This document shows positions 1 to 12,595 of a stretch of 44,976 nt of DNA, piece by piece. This stretch comes from Chiloscyllium plagiosum. Its lineage: Eukaryota. The stretch is taken from NCBI RefSeq assembly GCF_004010195.1, contig NC_057751.1:1804494-1849469 (forward strand), written 5' to 3'. The notes under the pieces are model-generated. The model saw only the letters and a list, made by a program, of their open reading frames with translations. It was not told the DNA's origin and ran no database searches. The position numbers were made by a program, and so were the translations under genes. Numbering within the stretch: the first letter of the stretch is position 1; every line of letters starts with the position of its first letter.

Positions 1-3000
1 TAAGATAGCAGACAAATCAGTGTTCAAATAACTCATAAAAGGGCTGCCATGACTGATCAAAAAGGGTTGTTGTGTGGTGCACCGTATTTGTGAAAAAATC
101 CAAGGGAACATGCTCCATAATTAAGTTTCACTATCCCAGCAAACCTGACAGGATCTCAGACACCCAAGTCATCAGAATATTGAATCATTTCTTCCCATGC
201 CCATCTAATTTGGTAGACCGAGAAGGAGAGATATCAGGTCTACTTTGACTTATCTCTCCCGCCACAGCGCTCCAGTAAACATGGAGCCTGTGGCGTGTCC
301 AGAAGCAATGGGTAAGAGTACCAACACTTATTGTACATTTGGGGCACACTGAAGATGCCCCTTTTTTTAAACTTTGCAGGACGGTCTTGTGCCCGATGAG
401 CCCTGTGCACATGTCCTGTTACAGATTGAGATCTTTCGAGTATTCTCCCTTATGTTCTCCCATGTTTCAGAAGAGATCTCCACTCCCAGCTCTTGCTCCC
501 AGACCTCACATAACCGGTTAATATCCTGCCAGGCCCTGCCACCCAGCAGGCGATAGAGGGCACTAACCGAAAGGGTGCTTGTGGAGCATAGCAACAACCT
601 CTCTATATCAGGCTTATAGGGCTTCGTGAGAAGCGTAGTCTTCTTCTGGCTGAAATCCCTAACCTGAAAAAAATGGAAAAGGTCTCTGCTGGGCAACCAG
701 TATTTGAAGCTCAATTGCTTGAAAGACATCATAACCTCCCCCTCAAACAAGTCTCCCAAACTAGAAACTCCCTCTCGCTGCCCATAGTTTGAACCCTGAG
801 TCCATCATCCCTGGTCGGAACCCTGGCGTGCCAACTATGGGAGTGAGTGGCAAAGTCTTGGAGAAGCATCTGATGCATCACTCTGATGCATCGCCCTCCA
901 TGCCTTGACCGTACTAATAACAATGAGGTTCCAGTAGTGGTCCAAAACTGTCCTCATCTTATCTATGAACAATAGGTTAATAAGGGGGCACTTTGCCTGG
1001 GTGGCCTCAATATCCAGCCATATTGAGTTTGGATCGTAACCTACCCAATCGCAGACAAAGGACAGCAGGGGACTCAATTGATACCTCCTGATGTCTGGGA
1101 AATCAACTCCTTCCCCTCCTTGAGGCAACTGCAATTTATTAAGTTTGATAAGGAGCCACCCATGATGCCAAACAAAAGAACTAAACCAATCCATAAGTTT
1201 CCACAACGTTGACCTGGGAAACATTTTCGGGAGCATACGCATGGGATAAAGCAAACGAGGGAGGACATTCATCTTAATAAGAGCTATTCGGCCCAGCCAT
1301 GAAATTGGAAGAGCCTCCCATCTCTCGAGATCCCAGCTAATATTGTCGAGCAGGTGAACGAAGTTAGTCCAAAATAACTGATCAAACATGGGGGCAATAA
1401 AGATACCTAGGTATCAGAAACCCACCCATGACCACTTAAAGAGGAACCTTGGGCCACCTTCAACCTTTGGCACTTCCTTTAGGTCCCCCAAAGACACAGC
1501 CTCCGATTTTGCAAAGTTGATCTTATATCATGAAAAAGTCCCAAATGAATTGATACATTGTATCAGATGGGGTACGGAGGTGATCGGGTTCAATAAAAAC
1601 AGAAGGACACCATCCGCATACAGTGTATTCCTGTGTACCCTCAATCCCACTTCCGGAGCAGTTCTGTGGACGTTCTGACGAATAGCCTCTGCCAGTGGCT
1701 CTATCACCAACGTAAACAACAGCAGTGAGAGGGGGCAGCCTTGACGACTACCAATCCTACAGTTCCCAGATTTCACACCAGTGGTGATGACCGTGGCCAG
1801 AGGGTGGCGATATACAACCTCCACCCACCTAGCAAAGACCCCACTCAACCCAAACTGCTCGAAGACAGAAAAGAGTTATGGCCATTCCACCCGGTCAAAT
1901 GCTTTCTCTGCATCTAAGGAAATCACCAACCTCTGGATCGATCGTTGCTGATGTGTTTGGATCATTTTAAGCAACTTTGTAACATTATTAGAATACCTAC
2001 GGTCCCTTATATAACCTGTCTGGTCCTCTTTGACAATATAGGGCAACACCGTCTCCAATCTCAGTGCCAAAATCTTTGACAGGACCTTAAAATCTGAATT
2101 TAATGGGAAGATGGACCTGTTTGAACCCTCAGAAAACTTCCCCTTCTGAAGAATGAGGGAAATATTAACTTCTCTTAAAGATGGTGGTAGACATTCATGC
2201 ATAGAGGAATGATTGTACACTTCCAGCATCAGCTCTGACAGAATCCCTTTCAACTCCTCGTGAGGGGAAAGATATAAAAGAGACCTAAGGGGCAACTTTT
2301 TCACTTAGAGGATGGTGTGTGTGTGGAATGAGCTGCCAGAGGAACTGGTGGAGGCTGGTACAATGCCAACATTTAAAAGGCATCTGGATGGGTATACGAA
2401 TAGGAAGGGTTTGGAGGGATATGGGCTGGGTGCTGGCAGGTGGGACTAGATTGGGTTGGGATATCTGGTCGGCATGGACGGGTTGGACCGAAGGGTCAGT
2501 TTCCGTGCTGTAATCATGATGGCTCGATGACTCTAAAACTCACCCGGCAGACCATCAGGGCCAGGTGCTTTCCCACTTTGAAGTTGCCTAGCTGCCTCCT
2601 GTATTTCTTGAACTGTCAGGGGGGCATTGAGAAGAGAGGTCTGTTCCAAAGTTATCCTTGGGAGGTCCAGGCTCTTAAAAAAGGTTTCCATTTTGGCCTG
2701 CTCATCCTCGCAACCTTCAGACCGATATAATTCAGAGTAAAAACTCTGAAAAGCCTCCTTAGTCCTTTTGGCATCATAAGTAAGGACCCTGCCGCTGTCT
2801 CTAACTGCAGTAATGGACTGTGGAGCACACTTTTTCTGAGTCAGATATGTTAAATACTTCCCTGGCCTATCCCATACTTGAACAACCTTTGTCTCACAAA
2901 AGCAAGTTCTTTCTTTGCGGTTTGTGTAAGTATTGAGTTTCAGGCAGCCCAGAAGGCCATGATCTGCTGTAGCTTGGTCACCGAAGGCCTCACATAATGT

Positions 3001-3971
3001 GCCGCCTCAGCGGCTTTGAGCCGCATCTCAAGTAGACGATGCTGTTCCCCCTTCTATCATTTCCGTCTAGCTGAATGGGAAATAGCTAATCCCCTAGTAA
3101 AGGCCGAAGTGGTCTCCCATTGCATAGTTGAACAACTAGCCGTGCCTGAGTTGATGGTCAAAAACTCCTGAAACTCCCTCAAAAAGTATTCCACAAATTT
3201 GGAATCCTTGACGGGTAAAGGATCCAGCCGCCAACGCCGTGAACCTAACCCTTCACTCTCCGCCTTAACCTCCAATATAACGCCGCGTGATCAGAAATAG
3301 CTCAGTTCCCAACTTTACAACCCGTAATTGAATCCAGGAGGGTCGAGGGACCCAGACAAAGATCAGTCCTCATGTGACATTTATGCAGGTTTGAAAACAA
3401 GGTGATGTCCCTGCCCGTAGGATGAATACATCTCCAAATGTTGACCAGCCCCAACTCCTCACACAAGTTAGCCACCTGCTTGGCTTGCGAAGAAATAGTT
3501 GGGGCCCACTAGGCATCCTGTCCACTGTCAGATCCAAAAGACAATTGAAATCCCCCCCCCCCCATAATAATGTGCTGTGTTCCAAAGGCACTCAGCTCAG
3601 AGAAGGCACTAATCAGAAGTTTGAGGGGATGTGCTGGGGGACAGTAGACATTTAAGATGCCGTATTCCTCCCCATATCAGGGCCTTAAGTATCACAAACC
3701 CATCTTTCACCTGCTCTAATAATGTGAACAGCAGATTTTTCCGGATAAGTATAGCCACTCCCCTACTTTTAGTAGTAAAAGATGAAAAAAATATGCGGTC
3801 ATAACCCTACTGTTGTAACTTCAAGTGTTCCCCATTGTCAATTTGGGTTTCCTGCAACAGGGTGATATCAACACTTTCCCTCTGAAGGCTAGAAAGCATT
3901 TTCTTCTTTTCAACAGGCGAATGACTTCCCTTGATGTTCCAGGTGCACCATTTAACAAGACACGGAGCCAT
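1..3971 (-). pseudogene. L1 ORF2p (APE endonuclease + reverse transcriptase + Cys-rich C-terminus), frameshifted
   Basis: ATG at 3971 (MAPCLVKWCTWNIKG); ORF-track pieces 3807-4178, 3370-3591, 3057-3275, 1876-2304, 1528-1848, 835-1389, 367-759 and 185-412 occur in the expected order but in different frames. Confidence 0.9.
2259..2535 (+). mobile_element. CR1 LINE 3' fragment inserted antisense into L1 ORF2
   Basis: ..GNFFT*RMVCVWNELPEELVEAG..FKRHLD, then a CR1-type tail (ggaccgaagggtcagtttccgtgctg..atgactcta); splits L1 GPDGLPGEF|ELKGIL. Confidence 0.9.
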
Positions 3972-4534
3972 ATCCCCTTTCAGAGACCCTTGAACCCCTC
4001 GGGAGGGAGAACCCTGCTTACAATGCACCAAGCACAAGAGTTGTAAAATTGTGTATACAAAAACTACTCTAATAAACGACTGTTGACTACCAAAAAACGC
4101 CAAAGAAAACCAACTATAAAATCTTGAGCGGGAGACTCTCCCCCCTGCCCAGGGGGCACTCACCCTACCCATCCCCACTTCACAGCTCGTTTAAGCACAG
4201 GCTGTGGTCCAGCCTGAGGCAAAAATAAATAAGTAAACATGGAGATGATCCTTAAATTAACAAAAGGTTGCAAAGTCAGGATAAGCGTTTTGCCCATCCC
4301 CAGCTCCATGTCAACCCCAATTATGACTGAAAGAGAAAATAAACAAAAAAAAGGAGAAAACAACAAAGGACACCCATGAAATTTCCCATGATAAAATCCA
4401 ATTAAAAAAAATAGGAACAACATATTCCAAGATCTTTTCAAAAGAAAAAGAAAATTAGAGAGAGAAAAAAGAGGGAAAAGGGAAAAGACAGGGAAAGAAG
4501 GAAATGTGGACAAACATTAACCATATTCTTCAGA

Positions 4535-5406
4535 TCAGTCGGACGATTTGAAAATGTCCACGAAGTTCTTGGTTTTATCCACCGAGTCAAACGTATAAAC
4601 GGAGTCCTCGTGGCTGAAACGAAGCACTGCGGGGTACCTCATGGAGTACTGGATGCCCAGGCTCCTCAGCCTCTTCTTAACTTCATCGAAGGACTTCCTC
4701 TTTTGAATTATTACTGCTGAGAAATCTTGAAAGAATTCTTTTTTGACCCCTTGGGCTGCAGTGCCTGTGGATCGTTCCCCAGTAATCTGGAGGCTTCAAT
4801 CACTCTTTGCTTGCCCCTGTATTTGTGGAAGTGCACTAGGACTGGGCAGGGGCGCTGTACCAGCCCAGACCTGTGCACTGTGATCTGATAGGCCTTTCAA
4901 TGTGCAGCCAGCCGGACTCGATTTGAAGGCCCAGGAACTGCTACATCCAGGGTTCAAAGACGTTGACTGGCTGCCCAACTTCCTCACCCTCCGGGAGCAC
5001 GACAGTCCATAGATTTGACCTCCAACCTCGATTTTTGAGGTCGACGACCTGATCGTGCAAGGCCTGCACTTGCTGTTCCAGGGTCTGAATCCATCCAGAC
5101 GAGGACTTGATCGCCGCTTCTGAGGCCGCGGTTTGACCCTCCACCTCCTCCACCCACGCCCCGAGGCACTGGAGCTCCCGTTCATGCTTCTGCAGCATGC
5201 TCACGATGGGTTGGACCTGAGCACAGATCTTCTCAATCACAGCCTCAACCTTCGTGGTATGTCTCGCCATCGCCACTGCCAATTCCTGCAAATCTGTTAA
5301 GATCTTGTGGGTTCGGGAGAAGCCGCTACTGCAGCCTCTGGAGTGCCCGGTGCTGCAGGAGAATGTCCTCCCTGCTGCTGTTTGCTCGGTCCTTTCCCTT
5401 TGGCAT
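4535..5406 (-). pseudogene. L1 ORF1p (coiled coil + RRM + CTD type), frameshifted
   Basis: Probable ATG at 5406; coiled-coil-like IQTLEQQVQALHDQVVDLKNRGWRSNL; C-terminal RYPAVLRF...YTFDSVDKTKNFVD, TGA at 4535-4537. Confidence 0.8.
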
Positions 5407-5895
5407 CTTTCCCACTCTCAAATATTAACGAATATGCGTTCCCAAGGCTTGAAATGAACAACTCTCTCCTAGGAGTTAGCCAGGGAATGGCAATAAAACA
5501 CCAGTATGCCTTGGCTGTTAGGCAGAGCCATCCATTGCAGTTCAACTGAATCGCTACTATCTTGCCGAGTTCCATCCAGGTCATTTATAAAAATGACAAA
5601 CAGCAGTGGCCCCAAAACAGATCCTTGTGGTACACCACCAGTAGCTGAACTCCAGTATGAATATTTCCCATCAACCACCACCCTCTGTCTTCTTTCAGCT
5701 AGCCAATTTCTGATCCAAACTGCTAAATCACCCTCAATCCAATGCCTCTGTATTTTGTGCAAAAGCCTACCATGGGGAACGTTATCAAATGCTTTACTGA
5801 AATCCATGTACATCACATCAACTGCTTTACCCTCATCCACCTGTTTGGTCACCATCTCAAAGAACTCAATAAGGTTTGTGAGGCATGACCTACTC

Positions 5896-6462
5896 GCAGA
5901 GGGCTTCAAAGAACATCTCCAGGACACTTGCAGCAAACAAACCCATCGCCACCTAGCTGAACACTTCAACTCCACCCCCCACTCGCCAAGGACATGCAGG
6001 TCCTAGGCCTCCTCTATCGTCACTTCCTAACTACCCGACGCCTGGAGGAAGAACGCCATATCACCTGCCTCGGGACCCTCCAACCCCATGGCATTTATGT
6101 GGATTTCACCAGTTCCCTCATTTCCCTTCCCCCCACCTTATCTCCGGTCCAACCTTCCAGCTCAGCACTGCCCTCATGAGCTGTCCCACCTGTCCATCTT
6201 CCTTCCCACCTATCCACTCCACCCTCCTCTCTGACCTATCATCTTTATCCCATCCTCCACCCACTTATTGCACTCTCAGCTACCTTACCCTCAGCTCCAC
6301 CCCCTTCCCATTTACCTTTCCACCCCCAAGGCTCATTCCTGATGAAGGGCTTTTGCCCAAAACATCGGTGTTTCTGCTCCTCAGATGCTGCGTGACCTGC
6401 TGTGCTTTTCTAGCACCACACTCTCGACTTTAATCTCCAGCATCTGCAGTCCTCACTTTCAC
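5896..6462 (+). mobile_element. Penelope-like element 3' fragment (GIY-YIG endonuclease C-terminus + terminal repeat)
   Basis: FKEHL..LAEHFNS..H..MQVLGLL..RRLEEE..LGTLQPHG; pyrimidine-rich UTR; ends ..ctccagcatctgcagtcctcactttc; lies between CR1 QHGF and RSCLTNL. Confidence 0.85.
6339..6363 (+). ncRNA. Degenerate minimal hammerhead ribozyme core in PLE terminus
   Basis: CTGATGA-A-GGGC TTTT GCCC-AAAAC; the GAAA box is mutated to AAAA. Confidence 0.7.
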
Positions 6463-8235
6463 CTTCTTAAAACCGTGTTGACTATCCCTCATCAACCTAT
6501 TCCTTTCCAGATAATTATAAATCCTACCTCTTATAACCTTTTCCAATACTGTACCCACAACCAAAGTAAGGCTCACTGGTCTATAATTACCAGGGTTGTC
6601 CCGACTCCTCTTCTTGAACAAAGGAACAACATTTCTATCCTCCAGTCTTCTGGCACTATTCCTGTAGACAATGACGATTTAAAGATCAAAGCCAAAGGCT
6701 CTGAAATCTCTTCCCTGGATTCCCAGAGAATCCGAGGATAAATCCCATCTGGCCCAGGGGACTTCTCTATTTTCACACTTTCCAGAATTGGTAACACATC
6801 CTCCTTGTGAACCTCAATCCCATCTCATCTTATAGCCTTTATCTCAGTATTCTCCTTGACAACATTATCTTTTTCCAGCATTAAAACCGACGGAAAATAA
6901 TCATTTAGTGCTTCTCCTATATCCTCAGACTCCACACAAAACTTTCCACCACTGTTCTTCATTGTCCTAATCCTATTCTTTTATTCCTGATAAACCTATT
7001 GAAAGCTTTCGGATTTTCCTTGATCCTACCTGCCAAAGATTTCTCATGTCCCCTCCTGACTCTTCTTAGCTCTCTCTTTAGGTCTTTCCTGGCTAACTTG
7101 TAACTCTCAAGTGCTCTAACTGAGCCATCACACCTCATCCTAACATAAGCCTTCCTCTTGACAAGAGATTCAACTTCCTTAGTAAACCACAGCTCCCTCA
7201 CTTGACAACGTCCTCCCTGCCTGACAGGTACATACTTATCAAGGACATGCAGGAGCTGTTCCTTGAATAAGCTCCACATTTCGATTGTGCCCATCCCCAG
7301 CAGTTTCCTTCCCATCCTATGCATCCTAAATCTTGCCTAATCGCATCATAGTTGCCTTTCCCCAACTTATGACTCTTGTCCTGCAGTATATACCTATCCC
7401 TTATCATTGTTAAAGTAAACATAACTGAATTATAGTCAATCTTACCAAAGTGCACACCTACCTCCAAATCTAACACCTGGCCGGGTTCATTACCCAGAAT
7501 CAAATCCAATGTCGCCTCGCCCCTTATTGACCTGTCGACATACTGTGTCAGAAAACTCTCCTGCACACCTTGGACAAAACTGAAGTACCCAAACTGTCGT
7601 ATTTCCAGTCAATATTTGGAGAGTTTAAGTTCCCCATAACAACTAAGCTGTTGCTCTTGCTTCTATCCAGAATCACCTTTGCAATCCTTTCCTCTACATC
7701 TCTGGAACTATTTGGAGGCCTCGAGAAAACTCCCAACAGGGTGACCTCTCCTTTCCTGTTTCGAACCTTAGCCGATACTATCTGAGTAGACAAGTCCTCA
7801 AACGTCCTTTCTACCATAATATTGTCCTTGACTAACAATGCTACACCTCCCCTACTTTTCCCAACTTCCCTGTTCTTTCTGAATCATCTAAATCCCCGGA
7901 ACCTGCAACAACCATTCCTGTCCCTGCTCTATCCATGTCTCCGAAATGGCCACAACATTAAACTCCTAGGTACCAACCCATGCTGCAAGTTCACCCACCT
8001 TATTCCGGATGCTCCTGGTATTGAAGTAGACACACTTCAAATCACCTTCCTGCTTGCCAGTGAACTCTTGCGACCTTGAAACCTTACTTCTGACCTCACT
8101 ACTCTCAACCTCCTGCACACTGGAACTACAATTTAGGTTCCCATCTCCCTGCTGAATTAGTTTAAACCCTGCTGAAGAGATGACCCTACCCAACCCTCCA
8201 CACACCACCCCCCCCAACCCGCCCGCACCTCCCCT

Positions 8236-8280
8236 GGACCGGAAGGCCTGTTTCCGTGCTGTGCATCTCTATGACTCTAT
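8236..8280 (+). mobile_element. CR1/HE1-type 3' tail stub
   Basis: ggaccggaaggcctgtttccgtgctgtgcatctctatgactctat resembles the other CR1 tails in the window. Confidence 0.7.
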
Positions 8281-8859
8281 GTGGTCAATATCACAGTGCT
8301 GCTACGTGGGATCTTGCCTCATTTCCTTCTTTCAAACAGTGAATCCACTTCTGAATGGTAATTTAGTGACTATAAAGCATGGGGCACATTCTGAACTTTT
8401 GAAAAATCCTAACAGAAATGCAAATCCGTTTCAGAAAGCTGCAGTTGCTACTCTGGTACAGTGCTAAACTATGTGAGTGCTGTCTTTCTGATAAGAGGCT
8501 GAAATGGTGTGCCTAACTACTTGTTCAAGAGACTGCTAAAGATTCAGTCTCAGTCACAATAGACCCATTCAGTGGCATGGGATTTGAGGCCTGAAGGCAC
8601 CTTGTGCATTGTTCTGTGATCAAGGTACGAGGCAAAGAGAAAATCTTCAATGTTTTCTGCCTGTAATTCAATATTTCGAGGCCAAACACCACAGGACCTC
8701 AGGCACTGCAGGGAGTACTATCAACCCATGGGCAATCATTCACAGAGGACAGACATTTCAGATGAATCCAAATCTTCAACTTTGAAACAGGGGAGCTGAA
8801 AATATAAAAAAAAGTGGAGAAAGACACTGCAGTTGAATTAATCAAATGCCTGCTCAGCT

Positions 8860-9085
8860 TCATCCCTCCAAATCTCTCGGATCTCTTCCAGCCTCACAAT
8901 TCTCCAAGCTCTCTCACACAGCGCCTTCGGCTGCCTGATTCCCGAAATTCTGGAATTCCCTCTCTAAATCTCTCACCTCATTTAAAATATTCCTTACAAA
9001 CATTTCCTCATATCTCCATTGCTCAGTTGCCTCAAGATGTTTTGGTGTCTTAAAGGTGCTAATTAAAGGAAGGTTGCTGCTTTTG
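8860..9085 (+). mobile_element. Old L2-like LINE 3' end
   Basis: gccttcggctgcctg..ttctggaattccctctctaaa (AFGCL..FWNSL.K) followed by a taaaggtgcta..ttgctgc tail. Confidence 0.5.
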
Positions 9086-9989
9086 GGAATGGGAGATTTT
9101 TTTTTGTAATGTTTTTGTAAAGATTGGTTCGTGATGATTTTGCAAAGAATAAAAATTGCCTGCCTTGTTTGGTCATTATTCCATCTCCGTTCAACTGAGT
9201 CAGGCCCAGTGTGCAATTGAATTACGCAGACTGAATACTCAAGCTTATCCAGCGATCTCCCCCACCCCCAACGCCCCCTCCACCATTACTTGGCTGAACT
9301 GGCTGCATATTTATCTCTCTCATACACTGAATGTCAGATTCTGCATTACACTGACTCCTATTTAATCCTCCAGGCTGTTCTGTCTTGACTAAGTGCAGGC
9401 AGATCCTGGCAAATGATAGTTATCATAACACTGCACAGGTCAATCCATAAAAGTATTAATGTGGGTGAGGGAGGTTATTCATCAGCTGCCGTATGTATTG
9501 TTGTGTTAATGGAATCTCCTGCCCTCAATAACCATTGGTAGCTGATAATTTTCAAATGAGCGCTCCCTGGTGTTAATTGCTTAGAGTTAAGTAAATATTG
9601 CAGAACCAGGAAATTATTCACTGCAGCTTCAAAAGCTGTTCTGCTCACAGTCCAGAATAGAATCTGCCTCCTGGCGCTCTGCTGTCTCTCAGTCTATTTT
9701 AATGTACTTCTCCCATGAGTAAACTCACAAAGGTTGTGAGATTGATACAGTCAAGGAACACTGTCTTCGTTCATCCATCAAAAAGAAAACTTCAATCCAC
9801 CTTCAATTTACATAATGCTCACTCTAATTACCCACTCACTCGACCCTATTGCTAGTTGACATCATGTACTGGTGTCCTTCTCTGAACCCCGTGTTCACTG
9901 ACCAAACTCCCCAGTTTGGTGTTCTCCTCCAAACTCCAACTCATTGCTGCACTCCTTGTTCTCTTCGATTTATTGTATTTATGGAACAT

Positions 9990-10200
9990 GAATATACTCA
10001 AATGTCCCAATGCGCTTCACAGGAGTGTGATCAAACAAAATCTGTTACACACACTTTTGAAGATATTTGAACAGGCCAAAGACCTTGTTTTTATGGAGGG
10101 TATGAAAGGAGAAAGAGAGGTGGAGAGACAGATTCAGGCTTTAGGGATGAAATTCCAGAGATTCGGATGCAGGCAGCTGAAGGCACAGGTATCAATGGTG
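9990..10200 (-). mobile_element. Old L2-like LINE 3' end, inverted relative to the 8.9-kb copy
   Basis: Minus strand reads CAFSCLHPNLWNFIPKA; 10110-10185 resembles the reverse complement of 8925-8975. Confidence 0.5.
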
Positions 10201-10434
10201 ACAGAGAGCTGGCTGGAAAAGGTTATATAACTATCGAGCGATGAAGCATAGAGGGTATGGATGAAACAATTCAAATCAAAGCATTGCCAGTCTGCATACC
10301 AATACAGATTCACAAGTACAGGCACAATATATTCTGTCAGACAGACGCTCGATTGGTGGAGGTGAATAGAATAACATTGAATGTAAATCACTGAAACAGG
10401 CCTGTACTGTGCTCATGATCCACATGAGTCTCAT

Positions 10435-12595
10435 CTTTGATTTGATTTGATTTATTACTCCCACATGTACTAAAGTATGTTGAAAAGTGTTGTTGAACGG
10501 GCTTTACAAACAGATCGTACTATACAAGTACACCAGGGTAACAGAAGAGTGCAGGATACAATGTTACAGCTGCTGAGAAGCTGCAGAGAGAGATCAACCA
10601 GAATATTAAAGTGGTCCATTCAAAGGTCTGATAACAGCAGGAAAGAAGTTGTCCTTGAATCTGTTTGTATGTGCATATAACCGTTTATGTGTCTGCCCGA
10701 CAGTAGAGGGTGGGAGAGAGTATAGCTGGGATGGTTGGAGTCTTTGATGATGTTGGCTGCTTTCCCAAGGCAGTGGGAAGTTCAGATGGAAAAGTTGGTT
10801 CATGTGATGGACTGGGCTGTGTTTACATCTCTCTATACCTTCTTGCAGTCTTGGAAGAGCAGTTGCCAAACCACGCCGTCATGCATCCAGATAGGTTGCT
10901 TTCTATAGTGCATCAATAAAAACTTTACAGGGTCTTTGTGGACATGCTGAATTTCTTTTGCCTCCTGAAGAAGTTGAGGCATTGCTGTGCTTTCTTAACC
11001 GTAGTGTCAACATGAGGGGACCAGGTCAGATTGTTGGTGACCATCACTCCCTGGAACTTGACACTCTCGACCACCTCCACCTTGGCACCATTGATGCAGA
11101 CAGTGTGATACAGCGTGCCCTCCAGCCCCACTTCCTGAAGTCCCTGAGCAGCTCCTTTGCTTTGCTGATGTTGATGGAGAGAATGTTGTCTTTACACCAC
11201 GCCGCTAAGTACTCAGTCCCTTCCCTGTACTCCATCTCATGGTTGTTTGAGACCCGACCTACAATGATGGTGTCATCAGCAAACTTGTAAATGGAGTTGG
11301 GGCGGAATTTCACCACATGGTTTTGTGTGTATAAGGAGTATAGTAGGCGACTGAGGATGCAGTGTTGCAATGCACCGGTGGTGATGACCGCTATGGAAGT
11401 CAAGAATCCAGTTACAAAGGTGGGAGCAGAGACTTTGGACTCATAGTTTAGAGATGTATTTGTTTGGAATTGTGGTGTTGAAGGTGGAGCTGTAGAATAG
11501 GGAGGAGTCTGATGTAGGTATTCTTGTTCTCCAGATGTTCAGGGGATGAGTGGATGGCCACCATGGACCTGTTGTGATGAACCTGTTGTAGAAGAGATCA
11601 AGGCAACCTTGGATAGAGTTGATGTGAGCTGTGACTAACATCTTGAAGCACTTGATAATTATGGAGGTCTGAGCCACCAGGCGGTAGTCATTGAGGCACA
11701 CTGAATGATTTTGCTTTGGCACTGGGATGGTGATGTTCTTCTTGAAGTAGGTGGGGACTTCAGCTTGAAGGATGGAGAAGTTAAAGATGTCAGCAAATGC
11801 TCCCCCCAGCTGGTCTGCACAGGATCTGTGTGCATGGCCAGGGACTCCATCCGGGTCAGTTACTGTGTACGTGTTCACCCTTAAGAAGGCAGATTTAATG
11901 TCTGACGTAGTGACTGTAGGTCCAGGTGTATCTGAGGCTGCTGGGACAGGTGATATTGTTTCACTGCCCTTCTGTTCAAAACATTGAGCTCGTTGCGAAG
12001 TGGTCTACTGTTGGCCAGAATTCTGTCTGACTTCGCTTTGTAACCTATGTCGTGTAAGCCTTGCCACATGGTGTCTCCATGGTTAGCCTGGATCTCAAGC
12101 TTGGTTTGATATTGCCCCTTGGCATCCCTAATGGCTTTGTGAAGGTCATACATGGATTTGCCGTGTAGGTCAGGGTCACCCAACTTGAATGCCTCAGACC
12201 TGGACTTCAGTAGGGATGGACTTCCCAGTTTATCCATAGCTTCTGGCCAGGAAACATTCGGATTAACTTCTTTGGCACACAGCTGTCGACACACTTATAA
12301 TGAAGTCTACTCGTACAGGTTAGCTGCTGACTTCTTGAATATGGAACAATCCACCGATGAGAAGCAGTGTTGTAGAAGAAGCTCTTTAGTTTCCTCAGAC
12401 CAATACTGAGCCACTTTCTGTACAAGGTGCTCACACTTCAATTTCTGTTTGTACACCGGGAGAAGGAGTACAGCATTGTAGTCTGATTTTCAGAAAATGG
12501 ATGGGGCATGGAGTGGCAGGCATCTTTTGTGATTGTAAAGCAATGATCAATGGTGCTTGAACCTTGGGTGGGATAAGAGACTTGTTGCTGGAACA
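10435..12595 (-). mobile_element. Rex1/Babar-type LINE relic (endonuclease C-terminus + RT + 3' tail)
   Basis: YPTQGSSTIDHCFT..KSDYNAVLLLP; PDGVPG..CADQL..FADIFNFS; CLNDYRLVAQTSII.KCF; TGALQHCILS.LLYSLYT; KFADDTIIVG..WCKDNILSINISK; (TTTGA)n tail at 10435-10454. Confidence 0.88.

Larger units (their letters stand above)
1..5573 (-). mobile_element. Near full-length decayed L1-clade LINE (5'UTR, ORF1, spacer, ORF2); 3' end runs off the window
   Basis: Collinear minus-strand fragments: ORF1 DLKNRGWRSNL..LPEGEE; endonuclease TWNIKG..LLQET and GGDFN; RT ISLDAEKAFDRVEW, RQGCPLS, YADG; LPISWLGRIALIKMNVLPRLLY; CPKC..THCFW Cys/His motif; WQPF..YL C-terminus near base 1-60. Confidence 0.93.
5574..8180 (-). 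mobile_element. CR1 LINE (ORF1 tail, endonuclease, RT up to INDLD), split by a PLE and cut by the L1
   Basis: LKCVYFNTRSIRNK, SRPPNS, LDLIL, KSPGPDGIYPRIL, PGNYRPVSLT, QHGF, SCLTNLIEFFE, YMDFSKAFD, GVPQGSVLGPLLFVIFINDLD. Confidence 0.93.

Noticed and set aside
4160..4513. Very hydrophobic Phe/Leu-rich ORF resembling a membrane protein
   Set aside because: Translation of the T-rich L1 inter-ORF spacer
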